Shown here: positions 6,395 to 7,929 of the stretch, piece by piece
How the letters are laid out: the number at the start of each line of letters is the position of its first letter
How positions within the stretch are numbered: position 1 is the first letter of the stretch
Source: Leidyana gryllorum EB-2025a
Lineage: Eukaryota > Protista > Apicomplexa
Length of the DNA: 7,929 nt
NCBI GenBank assembly: GCA_048772705.1
Contig: JBLWGC010000162.1
Location: 1 to 7,929, forward strand
Direction of reading: 5' to 3'
Translations under genes and position numbers: made by a program
The notes under the pieces: model-generated
What the model was told of the DNA's origin: nothing
Database searches by the model: none
The model's input: the letters and a program-made list of their open reading frames with translations, nothing else

Positions 6395-6467
6395 TACAGC
6401 CACCGAGGATCGAACTCGGGACCTTCTGCGTGTTAAGCAGACGTCGTAACCACTAGACCATGGCTGC
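6395..6467 (-). tRNA. tRNA-Val(AAC), intact
   Basis: GCAGCCA/TGGCTGT-A, TCTGC-TTAACAC-GCAGA, CCGAG-TTCGATC-CTCGG. Confidence 0.94.
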
Positions 6468-6529
6468 ATGGATGGTCCCCGCAGCCCAAGAGAAGTGGCG
6501 AAGCTTCAGGGAGTTGAGGACCAGTTCAA

Positions 6530-6599
6530 GGGTCGCGCCGGGATCGAACCCAGGTCGCAAAATCCAAAGTGTCGAGTGCTAACCACCAAGGACGCAACC
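6530..6599 (-). pseudogene. tRNA-Gln pseudogene (loop reads TTG)
   Basis: Inverted paralog of 1969-2040; the anticodon stem is disrupted and there are small deletions. Confidence 0.78.
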
Positions 6600-6755
6600 G
6601 GTTCAGCCCATCCCAGAAGAGTCGGACTAGCGCTTCCTCAACTGGACACATGCAACACGGGTCTTGTATACAGACCCCAGCGTGAAGAATTGGATTCGAG
6701 TCGGGCAAAAACCTCAGTTCAATCATTCAACCAGTTGCGCTCTCCCGAATGCTAC

Positions 6756-6837
6756 CGACAAGGGTGAGATTCGAACTCACGCGGGTGGAACCCAACGGCT
6801 TAGCAGGCCGCCGCCTTAACCACTCGGCCACCTTTCC
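6756..6837 (-). tRNA. tRNA-Ser(GCT), one acceptor mismatch
   Basis: Inverted paralog of 1692-1773 with an intact T arm; A3:G70 mismatch. Confidence 0.9.
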
Positions 6838-6946
6838 GACGACATCTCTTACTCGCTGGCACTTTTTCACAACGGTTTGGGGTCCTAGTCAAGCTTGCTG
6901 AACCGTATGTGACATCACTGGCCGCAAAATGCCGAGTTCGACGGGT

Positions 6947-7028
6947 GGCAACTTGCCCGAGTGGTTAAGGGGGTAGACTCGAAATCTACTGGGCCTGGCC
7001 CGCGCTGGTTCAAATCCAGCAGTTGTCG
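6947..7028 (+). tRNA. tRNA-Ser(CGA), intact
   Basis: GGCAACT/AGTTGTC-G, GTAGA-CTCGAAA-TCTAC, variable arm GGGCCTGGCCC, GCTGG-TTCAAAT-CCAGC. Confidence 0.95.
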
Positions 7029-7092
7029 TGCGATGTGGTGGAAATGATGCAATTCCCAGCATCAAAAACTCATATGGGTCGAGACAGGGAAT

Positions 7093-7164
7093 GTTTCCTT
7101 AGCTTAGGAGCAGACCATTCGCTTTGTAAGCGAAAGGTCGCTGGTTCGATTCCGGCAGGAGGCT
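7093..7164 (+). pseudogene. tRNA-Thr(TGT), D arm degenerate
   Basis: TTCGC-TTTGTAA-GCGAA and GCTGG-TTCGATT-CCGGC are intact; the D-loop GG and D-stem are altered. Confidence 0.82.
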
Positions 7165-7197
7165 TCAGTCATTAGCCTAAACATGGTTGCGATCATC

Positions 7198-7247
7198 CGC
7201 CCGCATTTTCGGACGGCGACTTGCACACAGCACTCGGCCATCTTGCC
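7198..7247 (-). pseudogene. tRNA-Leu(CAA) fragment with internal deletion
   Basis: Reverse complement GGCAAGATGGCCGAGTG^CTGTGTGCAAGTCGCCGTCCGAAA; about 10 nt of the D arm are missing. Confidence 0.75.
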
Positions 7248-7326
7248 GAAGTGTTACCCGTTTCCTGTCCGTGAAAGTTCAAAATGCGAGGAGTTCTGGG
7301 GTTGGAGGCCGGCGTGTTTACTAGCG

Positions 7327-7382
7327 TCCGAGATAGTATAGTGGTCAGTATTTCCGCCTGTCACGCGGAAGACCCGCGTTCG
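7327..7382 (+). pseudogene. tRNA-Asp(GTC), 3' end lost after the T-loop
   Basis: Matches Asp through GACCCGCGTTCG, then diverges. Confidence 0.85.
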
Positions 7383-7703
7383 GGCATCTGTGCGTTACTT
7401 CCCTTCTGAGTTCCAGCGTGTGAACGGCTTCCGTTGCGACTTGTTGTAGTTCGTGTTGGCCTGATGGTCAACTTCCTATCGGGTGGCCAAATTCGACTTG
7501 GTGAAATTTCCAACCGAATTAACATCCATCTGGATACTTCCCTACATATTTGGCACTTATATAGGGGCATGTATAAGATGGTGAAAAGGCATTATTAACG
7601 AACGTAAAGCCCAGAACAGCCCCGTTGCTTGTCGGTTGACCCGACGCTCCATCTCATCTGAAGATGGTACGGCTTCCGTCCAAAGCTGCAGCTGAGGAAG
7701 TTG

Positions 7704-7776
7704 TCCACTGTAGTCTAAGTGGCTAGGATATGCGGCTCTCACCCGCACGCTCCGGGTTCAAGTTCCGGCAGTGGAA
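7704..7776 (+). tRNA. tRNA-Glu(CTC)
   Basis: 2 differences from 3172-3244; the cloverleaf is retained (C61>T gives G:T at 53:61). Confidence 0.92.
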
Positions 7777-7836
7777 ATCCAGCAGAGTGTGCTTGTAGGC
7801 AACGGTTCCATTCCTACTCCCAGAGACATTGATTTG

Positions 7837-7910
7837 CACCGCCCGCGGGGCTCGAACCCGCGAACTGCAAGATTAAAAGTCTTGCGCTCTACCGACTGAG
7901 CTAGGGCGGC
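7837..7910 (-). tRNA. tRNA-Lys(TTT), 1-nt longer variable loop
   Basis: GCCGCCC/GGGCGGT-G, CAAGA-CTTTTAA-TCTTG, GCGGG-TTCGAGC-CCCGC. Confidence 0.9.
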
Positions 7911-7929
7911 AATGAAACTTAGTTTAGAA

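Larger units (their letters stand above)
6094..6837. repeat. Right arm of the inverted segmental duplication; partner at 1692-2472
   Basis: Reverse complement aligns gene by gene and across most spacers. Confidence 0.93.

Noticed and set aside
161-7748. All ORFs in the six-frame track (60-143 aa)
   Set aside because: They are short, overlap tRNA genes on both strands and resemble no protein family I recognise. Their repeated peptides (e.g. ISACHAEDPGSIPGL) are translations of duplicated tRNA sequence.
1-7929. Bacterial or phage tRNA array unit
   Set aside because: No encoded CCA, multiple A34 anticodons, Ala A54, C1:G72 Tyr with an intron and short variable arm, and mixed strands all indicate eukaryotic-type genes.
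1-7929. tRNA-derived SINEs or retro-pseudogenes
   Set aside because: There is no common body or tail, poly-A, CCA or target-site duplication. Upstream flanks are co-duplicated and the Tyr intron is retained, implying DNA-level duplication.
1-7929. CRISPR array or short tandem repeat spacers
   Set aside because: No regularly spaced identical repeats or microsatellite blocks; the recurrent words are tRNA A/B boxes and duplicated flanks.

Overview
This window is a very dense, non-coding cluster of eukaryotic-type tRNA genes, and I support no protein-coding gene in it. I find about 48 tRNA genes, pseudogenes or fragments in 7.9 kb on both strands, roughly one per 165 bp. They cover 18 amino-acid families plus a possible His 3' half; Met was not found. 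The eukaryotic/Pol III type is indicated by the lack of encoded CCA, the A34 anticodons (Ile-AAT, Val-AAC, Leu-AAG, Ala-AGC, Arg-ACG), an Ala T-loop with A54, and a Tyr gene with an intron at 37/38. The cluster is built from multi-gene cassettes whose spacers are homologous between copies. These include a divergent Leu-Asp pair present 5 times, a 5-gene inverted duplication, and Ser-Lys-Ile, Gly-Ser and Trp-Leu-Asp blocks, shuffled, inverted, deleted and decayed to different degrees. Paralogous slots with the same flanks often carry different, mostly synonymous anticodons. Other oddities are a 7-nt Tyr intron, body/anticodon-discordant genes, chimeric tRNA junctions and few oligo-T terminators. 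All coordinates and folds were read by eye; the organism cannot be determined from this window.
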